The notes: generated by a model from the letters alone, not told the origin. Positions 16,558 through 26,104 are shown, counted from the stretch's first letter. The stretch is 32,000 bases of DNA from Crocosphaera subtropica ATCC 51142 (GCF_000017845.1 NC_010546.1:2790001-2822000), one strand, 5' to 3'. Translations and numbers: made by a program.

Positions 16558-17859
16558 TTACATAGTCAAAGATTGCACATCTGTTTCTAACAAGTTAGCA
16601 AACTCTTGCAAGAAAGCAGCCGCATGGGAACCGTAAATAATACGATGATCGCAGGTAATATTAACAGCCATTTGACGTTTAACCCCTAATAACCCATCGG
16701 GAGTGGCTACCACTTGGGGACTTGATGCACCGATCGCTAAAATGGAACCTTGTCCGGGGGGTAAAATGGCATCAAAGCGATCAACGCCAAACATTCCTAA
16801 ATTGGATAGGGTAAATGTACCGCTATTATATTCTTCTGGTTGTAACTGCTTGGCTCTTGCTCTGTCTACTAAATCTTTCCAGGTACGAGATAGAGAATAG
16901 ATGTCAACTTTGTCGGCATTTTGTAAGACGGGAGTAATTAAACCACCATCGGGCATAGCAACGGCGATCGCAATATTAATCGACTGAGGATAACGAATGC
17001 CTTGCTCGCTGTAATTGGCGTTAACTAAAGGATGTTTTTCCAGGGTAACAGCCACTGCTTTAGCCAATAATGCGGTCATGGTTACCCCTTTGGGCTTCAG
17101 TTTCTTATAGAGCTTATCTAACTCATCGGTGGTAATGGTATAACCCACATGGAAAGTAGGAACCTGTAGGGTAGCCACCATGTTTTGCACCACTGCTTTT
17201 TGTAGGGTATTGAGGGGTACGGTTTCTCCTGCGGTAACAGGGGCTGGTGTTGGGGTTGCAGGGGCCACAGTTGGGGTTTGAGTGGGTTTAGGGGGTTGGG
17301 TGGTTTGCGTGGGAATAGAAGGGGGTGTAGGGGTTTTTCCTGCGGCCTTTTCAATATCTTCTGCCACAATTCTGCCATAGGGGCCACTCCCTTCAACACT
17401 GTTGAGAGAGATCCCTAATTGTTTGGCTAATTTTTTGGCTCTGGGAGAAGCCACAATGCGGTTACTTTTGCCGTTAGTTGAAGAGGGGGCTGTAGCGGTT
17501 GCTGTAGCGGTGGTTGCAGGGGCTTGAGAGGGTTGTTTTTCTTCTTTTTTAGGGGGGGACTCAGGGGGGGGTGTAGATAAACCAGAGGAGCCTTTTGCTT
17601 TGGCTTGGGCAATTTCCTCTTCGGTTTCTGCGATTAAAGCGATCGCATCTCCAACGGGGGCTTCTTGCCCTGCTTCGACTAAAATAGTTGCTAGATAGCC
17701 ATCATAGAAAGATTCTACATCCATATCTGCTTTATCTGATTCTACGACGACCACGGTTTCACCTTTAGAAACTTTATCCCCTGGAGACTTCACCCAAGAG
17801 ACAATTTTTCCCTCGGTCATGGTAGAACTTAATGCAGGCATGAAAATATCGTGAATCAT
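16558..17859 (-). CDS. pdhC: Dihydrolipoamide acetyltransferase, E2 component of pyruvate dehydrogenase
   Basis: Lipoyl domain with the VVESDKADMDVES lipoyl-Lys motif, a Pro/Ala/Thr-rich linker, the E3/E1-binding domain ASPRAKKLAKQLGI, and a catalytic domain ending with DHRIIYG. Confidence 0.9.
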   Translation of the reverse strand: MIHDIFMPALSSTMTEGKIVSWVKSPGDKVSKGETVVVVESDKADMDVESFYDGYLATILVEAGQEAPVGDAIALIAETEEEIAQAKAKGSSGLSTPPPESPPKKEEKQPSQAPATTATATATAPSSTNGKSNRIVASPRAKKLAKQLGISLNSVEGSGPYGRIVAEDIEKAAGKTPTPPSIPTQTTQPPKPTQTPTVAPATPTPAPVTAGETVPLNTLQKAVVQNMVATLQVPTFHVGYTITTDELDKLYKKLKPKGVTMTALLAKAVAVTLEKHPLVNANYSEQGIRYPQSINIAIAVAMPDGGLITPVLQNADKVDIYSLSRTWKDLVDRARAKQLQPEEYNSGTFTLSNLGMFGVDRFDAILPPGQGSILAIGASSPQVVATPDGLLGVKRQMAVNITCDHRIIYGSHAAAFLQEFANLLETDVQSLTM

Positions 17860-18057
17860 GGAGCGACCTTCCCAAATGTAGTGTTAAATCGTTATCAATA
17901 GTGTTGCTGATGATAGCAAGGGCAATCTATTTTGAACATTTATGCCGTTGTCTATTGTAGCGGAAAGGGGGCAAGTTTAGTATTTTTTACCTTATGGTTG
18001 CAATTTATCTTTTCCCCAGTTGGTCACAGAATTGATGGTTAGGATGTTAATTTCAAA

Positions 18058-18564
18058 ATGATTAACTTAAGACAAGCGGTATTTTATGAATATGTTGATG
18101 ATGGGGTTGTTGAAATTTTCGACCGATATAAATGGGGACTGAGACGGTTAGGGGTCAATTTTTCTCAAGATTTATTAGAAACTATTGTTTATTGTCCTCA
18201 TAATTTAGAAAATACTTTCATGGCTTTTTGTTCTTGGGTTTTATGGTTAAAAAGTAAAGGAGAGAAAACGAATCCTGAGATTTTATCGGAAACTTTAATG
18301 CAAGCCTTAAAATCTGATAGGGGTTGGATACCTTATGATTATCAAAAAGATTTTTTAGCGCAACATCTCGATATTTTAGAAAGTCCTCAACTGTCTTTAT
18401 GGAAAGCAGCAGGACAACAGTTAGGAGAGCGTTTAAGAAATCGAATCATTTCTGATATCTCTGAAGAAGGTAAGATTAACTTTCACCCTAATAGTATTTT
18501 AACCGATGAAGAAAAAGAAAAGATTGAAGCATTTAAAGTTTATATTGATCAATTATATTTGTAA
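18058..18564 (+). CDS. Hypothetical protein
   Basis: 168-aa ORF with an ATG start. No motif recognised. It is co-directional with the photolyase-family gene. Confidence 0.5.
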   Translation: MINLRQAVFYEYVDDGVVEIFDRYKWGLRRLGVNFSQDLLETIVYCPHNLENTFMAFCSWVLWLKSKGEKTNPEILSETLMQALKSDRGWIPYDYQKDFLAQHLDILESPQLSLWKAAGQQLGERLRNRIISDISEEGKINFHPNSILTDEEKEKIEAFKVYIDQLYL

Positions 18565-18674
18565 TCCCTTTTCTACAAGAGAAATAAAAAACAAATATAA
18601 GGTACTTGGAAAGGGTTAAATAATCAGTTAGGATTAATGATATTGTTTTTAACTCATTCCATTGATTTATATTT

Positions 18675-20180
18675 ATGAATATTGGTATTTGGATCTTAGG
18701 AAATCAATTACATTTAGAACAAGCTGCTTTACTCAGTTGCAAAAATAATAAACAAGAAACCCCTGTTATTTTTATTGAGTCTCATAACTATATTCAAAAA
18801 AGACCTTATCATCAACAAAAATTAGTCTTAGTTTTCTCAGCAATGCGTCACTTTGCTGAAGAATTGAGTTCACAAGGATGGCAAGTTAGTTATAAAGTAG
18901 CTCATGATTTTGAATCAGCCTTGAATAATTGGATTAAAGAAAACAAAATAACAGAATTAAGAGTGGTTAGTCCCTGTGATCGCCCATTTTTAAGACGTAT
19001 TCAAAGCTTTAAATTAGATTGTAAAACCAAATTCATTTCTAATAATCATTTTTTGTGGAGTAACGAAGAATTTAAACAGTGGAATGACTCACGAAAACGG
19101 TTATTGTTAGAAGATTTTTATCGAGAAGGCCGAAAAAGATTCAATATTTTAATGGACGAAGATCAACCCATTGGTGATAAATGGAATTTTGATAAACAAA
19201 ATCGTAAACCTCCCAAACAAAACTTAAATCCTCCGACTCCTTTATGGTTTGAACCCGATGCAATAACTGAACAAGTGATTAAAGATATCAAATCTTATAA
19301 AATAGCAAGCTACGGCAAAATTGAACCGTTTAAATGGGGAGTGACTCGTTCACAAGCGTTACAAGTATTAGACCATTTTTTAGAGAATAATTTAAACAAT
19401 TTTGGGGCTTATCAAGATGCTATGATTACAGGAGAATATACCATGTGGCATAGTTTAATCTCTCCTTATATCAACCTTGGACTATTAACCCCTTTAGAAG
19501 TAATTCAAAAGATCGAAAAAGCTTATCATGAGTTCGATTATCCTTTAAATAGTGTAGAAGGTTTAATCAGACAAATTTTAGGATGGCGAGAATATATGTA
19601 TGGAATTTATCAATTAATGGATGATGATTATAGAGATAAAAATTGGTTTGATCATCAAGAAAATTTACCAGCATTTTACTGGGATAGTTCTCAAACGGAT
19701 ATGAATTGTTTAAAACAAATTCTGCAACAGGTAGAAGAAACGGGATACGCTCATCATATTCAAAGATTAATGGTTTTAAGTAATTTTGCCTTAATTATCG
19801 GGGTATCTCCCCAAGCTATTAATGATTGGTTTCATAGTGCTTTTATTGATGGGTATGACTGGGTTATGGTTCCGAATGTGATAGGAATGGGACAGTTTGC
19901 CGATGGAGGAATATTAGCGTCAAAACCCTACGCAGCATCCGCTAATTATATTAACAAAATGAGTGATTATTGTAAAAGTTGTGAATATAAACAGACGAAA
20001 CGGACAGGAGAAAAAGCTTGTCCCTTTAACTTCTTTTACTGGGATTTTTTATCCCGTCATCAAGAAAAATTAAAATCATTAGGCAGAATGAATTTAGTCT
20101 TAGCTAATCTTAAAAAAATAGACTCAGAAGAGTTACAAGAAATACAATCTCAATCACAACAATGGAAAGAAGATCATTAA
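18675..20180 (+). CDS. Cryptochrome/photolyase-family protein of the FeS-BCP (PhrB/CryB, (6-4) photolyase-like) class
   Basis: 501 aa. It resembles the 'deoxyribodipyrimidine photolyase-related' COG3046 architecture. Four Cys residues are spaced C-x87-C-x2-C-x12-C (MNC...DYCKSCEYKQTKRTGEKAC). This is the spacing I recall for the [4Fe-4S] ligands C350/C438/C441/C454 of Agrobacterium PhrB. Confidence 0.75.
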   Translation: MNIGIWILGNQLHLEQAALLSCKNNKQETPVIFIESHNYIQKRPYHQQKLVLVFSAMRHFAEELSSQGWQVSYKVAHDFESALNNWIKENKITELRVVSPCDRPFLRRIQSFKLDCKTKFISNNHFLWSNEEFKQWNDSRKRLLLEDFYREGRKRFNILMDEDQPIGDKWNFDKQNRKPPKQNLNPPTPLWFEPDAITEQVIKDIKSYKIASYGKIEPFKWGVTRSQALQVLDHFLENNLNNFGAYQDAMITGEYTMWHSLISPYINLGLLTPLEVIQKIEKAYHEFDYPLNSVEGLIRQILGWREYMYGIYQLMDDDYRDKNWFDHQENLPAFYWDSSQTDMNCLKQILQQVEETGYAHHIQRLMVLSNFALIIGVSPQAINDWFHSAFIDGYDWVMVPNVIGMGQFADGGILASKPYAASANYINKMSDYCKSCEYKQTKRTGEKACPFNFFYWDFLSRHQEKLKSLGRMNLVLANLKKIDSEELQEIQSQSQQWKEDH

Positions 20181-20186
20181 AACTTT

Positions 20187-20195
20187 TGCTATAAT
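20187..20195 (+). promoter_or_regulatory. Possible extended -10 promoter element (TGcTATAAT) upstream of the Uma2 remnant
   Basis: TG at 20187-20188 and TATAAT at 20190-20195, about 50 nt before ATG 20245. No good -35 element. Confidence 0.3.
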
Positions 20196-20244
20196 TGTCT
20201 AATAAGCTAAAAAATAGCAAATCAATCAGTTATTTTTTTTACTA

Positions 20245-20598
20245 ATGATTACTCAACTAGCTTCTAGTGATAATTATCCAATTATTATCCAAATTTCTCC
20301 CATATTTGACATGACAGATGAGCAATTTTTTGAGTTATGTCAACTTAATAGAGATTATCGTTTTGAGAAAACTGCAAAAGGGGAATTAATGATTATGTCT
20401 CCCACAGGGAGTGAAACAGGAAACCGCAATTTTAACTTATTAGTCCAACTAGGAAACTGGATAGAAAAAGGTGGAACAGGAATCGGTTTTGATTCTTCTA
20501 CGGGTTTTATTCTTCCTAATGGTGCGACTCGTTCCCCTGATGCAGCTTGGATAAAAGGAGAAAAAGGATTTATCTTAGATTTAACTAAAATTTGGTGA
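20245..20598 (+). CDS. Uma2 (DUF820) family endonuclease remnant; the central catalytic segment appears deleted in frame
   Basis: The N-terminal part (MSPTGSETGNRNFNLLVQLGNW...GFDSSTGFILPNGATRSPDAAWI) is typical of Uma2. The ORF then jumps to the family's usual C-terminal ending GFILDLTKIW. At 117 aa it is well short of the usual ~190 aa, and I do not see the PDxxxE.xS core. Confidence 0.55.
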   Translation: MITQLASSDNYPIIIQISPIFDMTDEQFFELCQLNRDYRFEKTAKGELMIMSPTGSETGNRNFNLLVQLGNWIEKGGTGIGFDSSTGFILPNGATRSPDAAWIKGEKGFILDLTKIW

Positions 20599-20602
20599 AA
20601 AA

Positions 20603-20640
20603 TAAAAAAAATCCCCCTATGATAAGGAGGATTTCTTGTT
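20603..20640. terminator. Bidirectional terminator between convergent genes
   Basis: An A-run (20603-20611), then the hairpin ATCCCCCT-ATGATA-AGGAGGAT (one mismatch), then TTTCTTGTT. Confidence 0.6.
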
Positions 20641-20652
20641 AATGTAAAATGA

Positions 20653-20988
20653 TTATGGTTCTTGATTTTGGTTAGCTGCTTCTTGCGCTTCTAACATTTG
20701 TCTTTGTGCTTCTTTAAAAGATTTAGCTGCTTCGCTGAGGTTATTTCTGGTATCTTCAGCAAACTCACCCCCACTACGACTCCGTTCTAAATTAGCACGG
20801 TGCATTAAATTGAGGGGGTTCATAAAATCCCCCATGTCTCCATTAGGATTTTTTTCATTGCTTTGATAAGGCTTTTTATCCACTTGATCGATGGATTGTG
20901 CTACAGTTACAGGTGCTAAACCTAGGGTAACGCCTAAAAGGGTAAGCATAACTGCTATATTTTTAGCTTTAAATGGGTTAAACATCAT
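20653..20988 (-). CDS. Small secreted hypothetical protein
   Basis: 111 aa. Signal peptide MMFNPFKAKNIAVMLTLLGVTLGLAPVTVAQS, followed by a hydrophilic, probably helical/disordered mature part. Confidence 0.55.
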   Translation of the reverse strand: MMFNPFKAKNIAVMLTLLGVTLGLAPVTVAQSIDQVDKKPYQSNEKNPNGDMGDFMNPLNLMHRANLERSRSGGEFAEDTRNNLSEAAKSFKEAQRQMLEAQEAANQNQEP

Positions 20989-21271
20989 AGATTTTCTTCC
21001 TCAACACGCTTATGTTTTTGTTGAACTAATAGTGAAACATTATAAGTCCGCTAAAACCGATTTAGCGTCAATCAATTGTATAACGGGTATCCGACCTATT
21101 TCTACTTTACAAGACGCTCCGATAATAGCAACTGTTTCTAGAATACAACATTATTATAGATGTCATTAATCCTTAAAATACTCTGAAATTTCGCAAAACG
21201 TAAGAAATGCTACAGACAATCAGAAAAAAGATCAATCATAGTAAAAGATTAAAAAACACTCAAAACTTTCC

Positions 21272-22993
21272 ATGAAACCGCAAATCATTGTCTGTGGGTT
21301 GGGACGAACCGGATATAAAATATTTCGTTTATTAAAACGACAAGGGGCTGCTGTAGTCGGAATTAGTGACCGCCTCATTTTAGGAGAAACCTCTGATAAT
21401 GTCATTGTCGGCGAATTAAGTTCACCTTCAACCCTAGCCAAAGCTGGTATTCATCACGCCCATACCCTCGTTTTAGCTAGTAATAACGATGCGGTTAACT
21501 TAGGAACCCTCACCCAAGCGAGAATACTAAACCCGAAAATTCGCATTATTAACCGTTTATTTAACCACACCTTGGGAGAAAGACTGGATCAAACCCTTCC
21601 CCGTCACCATACCATGAGTGTGGCGGCCTTAGCTGCCCCTATCTTCTCCTTTGCAGCTTTAGGGAATAAAGCGATCGGTCAATTACAATTATTTAACCAA
21701 ATATGGCCCATTGAAGACGTTGTTATCGACGAAAATCATCCTTGGTTGGGCTTAAATTTAGGGGAGTTGTGGGAATGCCCCTCACGGATGTTAATTTATT
21801 ATTTACCGGCGCAGGGTGAGTTAGACTTAGTTTCGGCGGTATTACAAAAAAAATCCTTACAATTAGGGGATCATCTCATCATTGGGACTCGTTTAAGCAG
21901 TCGTTCTAAACATCGCTTTTGGGGTCAAAAAATAGTGAAAGCGATCGCTAATTTACGGCGTTATCAACGTTATGTTAACCCAGTTATTGCGGTAACGTTA
22001 TGTTTATTGGGGATGATTTTTGCTGCGACGTTTACTTATGTTGCAGTGAATTACAATACGTCTTTGGTGGATGCGTTATACTTCTCCGTGGGCATGATCA
22101 CCGGTGCCGGCGGACAAGAACAAGTAGCCGAAAAAGCCCCGGCCAGCATTAAAGTCTTTACCGCTATTATGATGATTGTGGGCGCAGGAGTGATTGGAGT
22201 CTGTTATGCCCTACTTAATGATTTTATTCTAGGTACTCGCTTCAAACAATTTTGGGATGTGGCTAGGGTTCCCACTAAACACCATTATATTGTCTGTGGG
22301 TTGGGAGGTATTGGTATTCAAATTGTCCGTCAACTTCAGGAACAAGGATATGAGGTGGTGGTGATCGAGTCGGATCAAAATAACCGTTTTTTACATACAG
22401 CGCGATCGTTAAGGGTTCCCATTATTTTAGAAGATGCAAGGGTTAATGACACTTTAAAGACGGCTAATATTCAAAAAGCAGAAGGGATTATTGTTGTTAC
22501 TAGCAACGATATGATTAATGTGGAGATCGGGCTAACGGCTAAAGCGATCGCTCCTCAGATTAACATTATTCTGCGATCACAAGATCCCCAGTTTGGTCAG
22601 TCGGTTCAAGAGGTATTTGAGTTTGAAACGGTGTTATGTCCTTCTGAGTTAGCCACCCCTTCCTTTGCTGCTGCTGCGTTGGGGGGTAAAATTTTGGGCA
22701 ATGGCATGACAGAAGACTTATTATGGGTAGCCTTAGCCACTTTAATCACAGCAAAACACTCTTTTTGTGGGCAAACGGTGAAAGATGCAGCGATGAAAGG
22801 GGGGTTTGTTCCCTTGTATTTGGAACGAAACCCTTTAACCATCCACAGTTGGGAATTATTGGATACTCATTTACAGCCTGGAGATGTTTTATATTTAACC
22901 ATGCCAGCCAATGAATTAGAGCAATTATGGCGCATTCCTTCGGTGGAGTTGCACGTCAAGAGTTCGGAGTTTGGTGTTCGGAGTTCGCGATAA
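21272..22993 (+). CDS. Two-RCK (TrkA-N) ion-channel-like protein with a non-canonical pore loop
   Basis: An N-terminal Rossmann motif IIVCGLGRTGYKIFRLL, then a 2-TM pore module (ALYFSVGMITGAGG), then a second Rossmann motif YIVCGLGGIGIQIVRQLQEQGYEVVVIE. Confidence 0.75.
   Translation: MKPQIIVCGLGRTGYKIFRLLKRQGAAVVGISDRLILGETSDNVIVGELSSPSTLAKAGIHHAHTLVLASNNDAVNLGTLTQARILNPKIRIINRLFNHTLGERLDQTLPRHHTMSVAALAAPIFSFAALGNKAIGQLQLFNQIWPIEDVVIDENHPWLGLNLGELWECPSRMLIYYLPAQGELDLVSAVLQKKSLQLGDHLIIGTRLSSRSKHRFWGQKIVKAIANLRRYQRYVNPVIAVTLCLLGMIFAATFTYVAVNYNTSLVDALYFSVGMITGAGGQEQVAEKAPASIKVFTAIMMIVGAGVIGVCYALLNDFILGTRFKQFWDVARVPTKHHYIVCGLGGIGIQIVRQLQEQGYEVVVIESDQNNRFLHTARSLRVPIILEDARVNDTLKTANIQKAEGIIVVTSNDMINVEIGLTAKAIAPQINIILRSQDPQFGQSVQEVFEFETVLCPSELATPSFAAAALGGKILGNGMTEDLLWVALATLITAKHSFCGQTVKDAAMKGGFVPLYLERNPLTIHSWELLDTHLQPGDVLYLTMPANELEQLWRIPSVELHVKSSEFGVRSSR
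22961..22988. repeat. STRR-like tandem heptamers overlapping the last codons of the channel gene
   Basis: AGTTCGG AGTTTGG TGTTCGG AGTTCGC. This encodes the C-terminal ..SSEFGVRSSR tail. Confidence 0.5.
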
Positions 22994-23094
22994 CCAAACC
23001 CTTGAATCATAACTCACCGTTTGCTTAAATCGAAGGGGTATAGTGAGCAAAAAAGGTTAAAATCCTTTTAACACTGTTAAATCCAATTAACTCA

Positions 23095-24783
23095 TTAATC
23101 TAACTTCCAACGACTGGCAATAGGCATTCTCCAACCTGTTCCAAATGCACGATCACTTACTTTGAGTCCTGGAGGAGCTTGTTTTCGTTTAAATTCAGCA
23201 CGAGTTACCAATTTTACCACTTTACATATTATATCATAATCAAATCCGGCTGCTTCAATTTCTTTGATGGATTGATGACGATGAATTAATCTATCTAAAA
23301 TACCGTCTAAAATGTCATAAGATGGCAAGGAATCTTGATCCACTTGATCAGGCTTTAATTCTGCACTAGGGGGTTTAATTAAGACATTACGGGGAATGAT
23401 CTCTTGATGTCGGTTTAACCACTTACAAAGATGAAAAACACGGGTTTTAGGCACATCTGAAATAACGGCTAAACCCCCGTTCATATCCCCATATAAAGTA
23501 CAATAACCCACAGCCATTTCTGATTTATTTCCCGTTGATAATAGTAAATGTCCGAATTTATTAGCGATCGCCATTAATAAATTACCACGGATTCTGGATT
23601 GTAAATTTTCTTCAGCAACCCCAAACTCTGTCCCTTTAAATAAGGGTTCTAAAATTGAATCATAAGCTTTCATTACATCTTTTATCGGCAAAGTATAACG
23701 CTTAATTCCTAGGTTATTAACCAATGCTTCTGCATCACTAATAGAATGACTCGAACTATAGGGAGAAGGCATTAATATGCCTAACACATTTTCTTTCCCT
23801 AATGCTTCAGCAGCAATAGCAGCAACTAAGGATGAATCAATCCCTCCACTTAACCCTAAAACAGCTTTAGAAAAGCCACATTTATGAGCATAATCTTTTA
23901 ATCCTAACACTAAAGCTGACCATATTTCTGCTTCTTCTGTTTCTATAGAATCGGCAATATAACTTATTTTAAAATCGTGATTGTTATCATCACATTCTAT
24001 AGTTTCTATGGCAGTTTGAAATCCTTTTGCCCGTAAAGTGATTTCACCATTTTTATTGACTGCAAAACTGTTACCATCAAAAATTAAGTCATCATTTCCC
24101 CCGACTTGGTTTGTGTAAATAATAGGAACTTGGTGACGTTGGGCAGTATATTTTAACATAGATTCTCTGACTTTTTGCTTTCCGATACTATAAGGAGAAG
24201 CCGATAAATTGACCACTAAATCAACTCCATTATTAACTAAGTCTTGAATAGGGTTGGTTTCATAGTTTCGTTTGCCCCAAAATTCTTCATCATTCCATAA
24301 ATCTTCACATACTGTTACCCCGATTTTAATGGGTTTAGAATTAGAATCATGAGAGGATAACTGAAAAAAATTACTTTCTTTTCCCGGTTCAAAATATCTG
24401 TCTTCGTCAAAGACATCATAGGTAGGTAAAAGTCGTTTATGAAAAATCTGTTTAATGGCTTGATTTTCGATTAAAACGATACTATTAAATAAGGGTTTTT
24501 CTCCCTCACGGTAAGCATGGGGATTTTCGGTTACTGTTCCCACTAAAACAGCTAATTTTTTAGGTAACTGTTTAGCTAATTTTTCTAATTCTATCTGTAA
24601 CTTTTCAACAAAACCAGTATTGAAAAGTAAATCTTTAGGAGGATAGCCACATAAAGATAGTTCAGGCGTTAATAATAATTCTGCTTTTCTTTCTACGGCT
24701 ATTTGGGCTACTTTATAAATATGTTGGGCGTTATTTTCAATATCACCAATAATAGGATTGAGTTGAGCGATCGCAATTTTCAT
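23095..24783 (-). CDS. nadE: Glutamine-dependent NAD+ synthetase
   Basis: 562 aa. An N-terminal nitrilase/CN-hydrolase domain (LLLTPELSLCGYP, VCEDLW) plus a C-terminal synthetase with the PP-loop LGLSGGIDSS. Confidence 0.9.
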   Translation of the reverse strand: MKIAIAQLNPIIGDIENNAQHIYKVAQIAVERKAELLLTPELSLCGYPPKDLLFNTGFVEKLQIELEKLAKQLPKKLAVLVGTVTENPHAYREGEKPLFNSIVLIENQAIKQIFHKRLLPTYDVFDEDRYFEPGKESNFFQLSSHDSNSKPIKIGVTVCEDLWNDEEFWGKRNYETNPIQDLVNNGVDLVVNLSASPYSIGKQKVRESMLKYTAQRHQVPIIYTNQVGGNDDLIFDGNSFAVNKNGEITLRAKGFQTAIETIECDDNNHDFKISYIADSIETEEAEIWSALVLGLKDYAHKCGFSKAVLGLSGGIDSSLVAAIAAEALGKENVLGILMPSPYSSSHSISDAEALVNNLGIKRYTLPIKDVMKAYDSILEPLFKGTEFGVAEENLQSRIRGNLLMAIANKFGHLLLSTGNKSEMAVGYCTLYGDMNGGLAVISDVPKTRVFHLCKWLNRHQEIIPRNVLIKPPSAELKPDQVDQDSLPSYDILDGILDRLIHRHQSIKEIEAAGFDYDIICKVVKLVTRAEFKRKQAPPGLKVSDRAFGTGWRMPIASRWKLD

Positions 24784-24804
24784 AATAGTAAAAATGATTG
24801 AGAA

Positions 24805-25524
24805 TTAAATAAAAACAAATGGCTTATCTTTAAAGGGTGCAAAGGCTTCAGAATCAAAGCGATATAATGTTGCCGGTCGTCCTGCGCCCCTAGACACTTT
24901 TTTTTCAGTATCTATCAAGAAACCCAACTTAAGTAAACGAGTTCTAAAATTAGAATAATCGGCAAAATTTTCTCCTAAAACAGTGGTATAAAATTGATAT
25001 AAATCATTTAATGTAAACATTTCTGGTAACACATCAAAAGCAACGGGACTGTATTCTAATTTGCTTTTTAATCGTTGATAACCATAATCTAAAATGACGT
25101 TATGATCAAAAGCTAATTGAGGAACCTTTTCTATCATATACCAAGCGGTTTGATGATAATTTGTGATTAATTTTGCTTCTTCAAAACGGACTAAAGCAAA
25201 GTAACTCACCGATAAATAACGAACCCCATAACTATCAGGGGATTCTCTGGGATCTCGATTAGGGCCTCCGAAGGTATATAATTGTTCTAAATAGAGATTA
25301 TTAGTCTCTATTTTTTCGGATAAAATACGATAAGCTGCTGCTTCTAGAGATTCTCCTTGTCTCACTAAAGTTCCTGGTAAACCCCATTGATCAATATAAG
25401 GTTCTTCTGACCGTTTAACCAATAAAACTAAGAGTCGATTTTTTTGAGAATCAATGGAAAAAATAACATTATCAACTCCTACTTTAAAATCTTCTAAAAT
25501 TAATTGATTGTTATGGGAATTCAT
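24805..25524 (-). CDS. nrtR: Nudix-related transcriptional regulator (NrtR-type: degenerate Nudix domain + C-terminal winged helix)
   Basis: The Nudix box reads GTLVRQGESLEAAAYRILSEKIE, so REUXEE has become RILSEK with two catalytic Glu lost. The C-terminal FRTRLLKLGFLIDTEKKVSRGAGRPATLYRF is wHTH-like. The gene is embedded in an NAD operon, as described for the NrtR family. Confidence 0.7.
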   Translation of the reverse strand: MNSHNNQLILEDFKVGVDNVIFSIDSQKNRLLVLLVKRSEEPYIDQWGLPGTLVRQGESLEAAAYRILSEKIETNNLYLEQLYTFGGPNRDPRESPDSYGVRYLSVSYFALVRFEEAKLITNYHQTAWYMIEKVPQLAFDHNVILDYGYQRLKSKLEYSPVAFDVLPEMFTLNDLYQFYTTVLGENFADYSNFRTRLLKLGFLIDTEKKVSRGAGRPATLYRFDSEAFAPFKDKPFVFI

Positions 25525-26087
25525 GCGTATAACTTTTCTTGGTGAATATAATCTTGAACAGGTTGAATTAAGACATTTTCATTGCCATATTTTCGGTAAG
25601 CAGTAGAAGAAACTTCAGGGGCATTGAGATCAGCAATTTCATAATTTCCTCCAATTTCTTCTAAAGCGTTTAAGTCAGATTGATTGATAGTATAACCAGG
25701 ACGAGGGATAATTAAGATTGAGACTTCAGCTAATAATTTATCAATGCGATACCATTGACGAATTTGTTTCACTAAATCCGAACCAATGACTAAAAAATAC
25801 TCTGCATTTTCTCCCCAAATTTCTTTAGCTTTTGCCACGCTTATTAAACTACGACGATGACTTAATTTTTTAGACAGATAAATGTTATGAGGAGGGGGAT
25901 CAATATTGTCAATTAATAATTGCAACATAGCGATACGATGATCCAAAGAGGTTTGATGATCTTTATAGGGATTATCAGAAGCCCAAATTCCTACCCAATC
26001 AAAATGAGTGGATAACCAATGAATAATGGATTGATGTCCTGCCGTTGGGGGATCAGCACTGGTTCCAAATAGAGCAATTTTTGTCAT
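25521..26087 (-). CDS. nadD: Nicotinate-nucleotide adenylyltransferase
   Basis: FGTSADPPTAGH ((H/T)xGH motif) and a C-terminal EVSSTAYR (ISSTxxR-like). The stop overlaps the nrtR start (ATGA at 25521-25524). Confidence 0.85.
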   Translation of the reverse strand: MTKIALFGTSADPPTAGHQSIIHWLSTHFDWVGIWASDNPYKDHQTSLDHRIAMLQLLIDNIDPPPHNIYLSKKLSHRRSLISVAKAKEIWGENAEYFLVIGSDLVKQIRQWYRIDKLLAEVSILIIPRPGYTINQSDLNALEEIGGNYEIADLNAPEVSSTAYRKYGNENVLIQPVQDYIHQEKLYA

Positions 26088-26104
26088 TGTATTTTATCTC
26101 AAAA

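Noticed and set aside
17552-17571. G7 and G8 homopolymer runs (C-runs on the coding strand) in the pdhC linker, considered as possible slippage or phase-variation sites
   Set aside because: They simply encode PPP/PP in the flexible linker of an essential gene, and the frame is intact. There is no evidence of switching. They are only a sequencing-error-prone spot.
17118-17612. Tracked minus-strand ORFs 17118-17399 and 17427-17612 (Pro/Leu/Gln-rich) inside the E2 gene
   Set aside because: They are alternative frames of the Pro/Ala/Thr-rich linker of pdhC. This is a low-complexity artefact, and the pdhC frame carries all the recognisable domains.
21200-21213. Perfect NtcA-type site GTA-N8-TAC (GTAAGAAATGCTAC) 59 nt upstream of the channel-like gene
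   Set aside because: A 6-nt specification is expected by chance a few times in about 6 kb of AT-rich intergenic DNA. No convincing TAN3T -10 box lies about 22 nt downstream; the best is TAGTAA at 25 nt. It is worth a genome-wide motif scan only.
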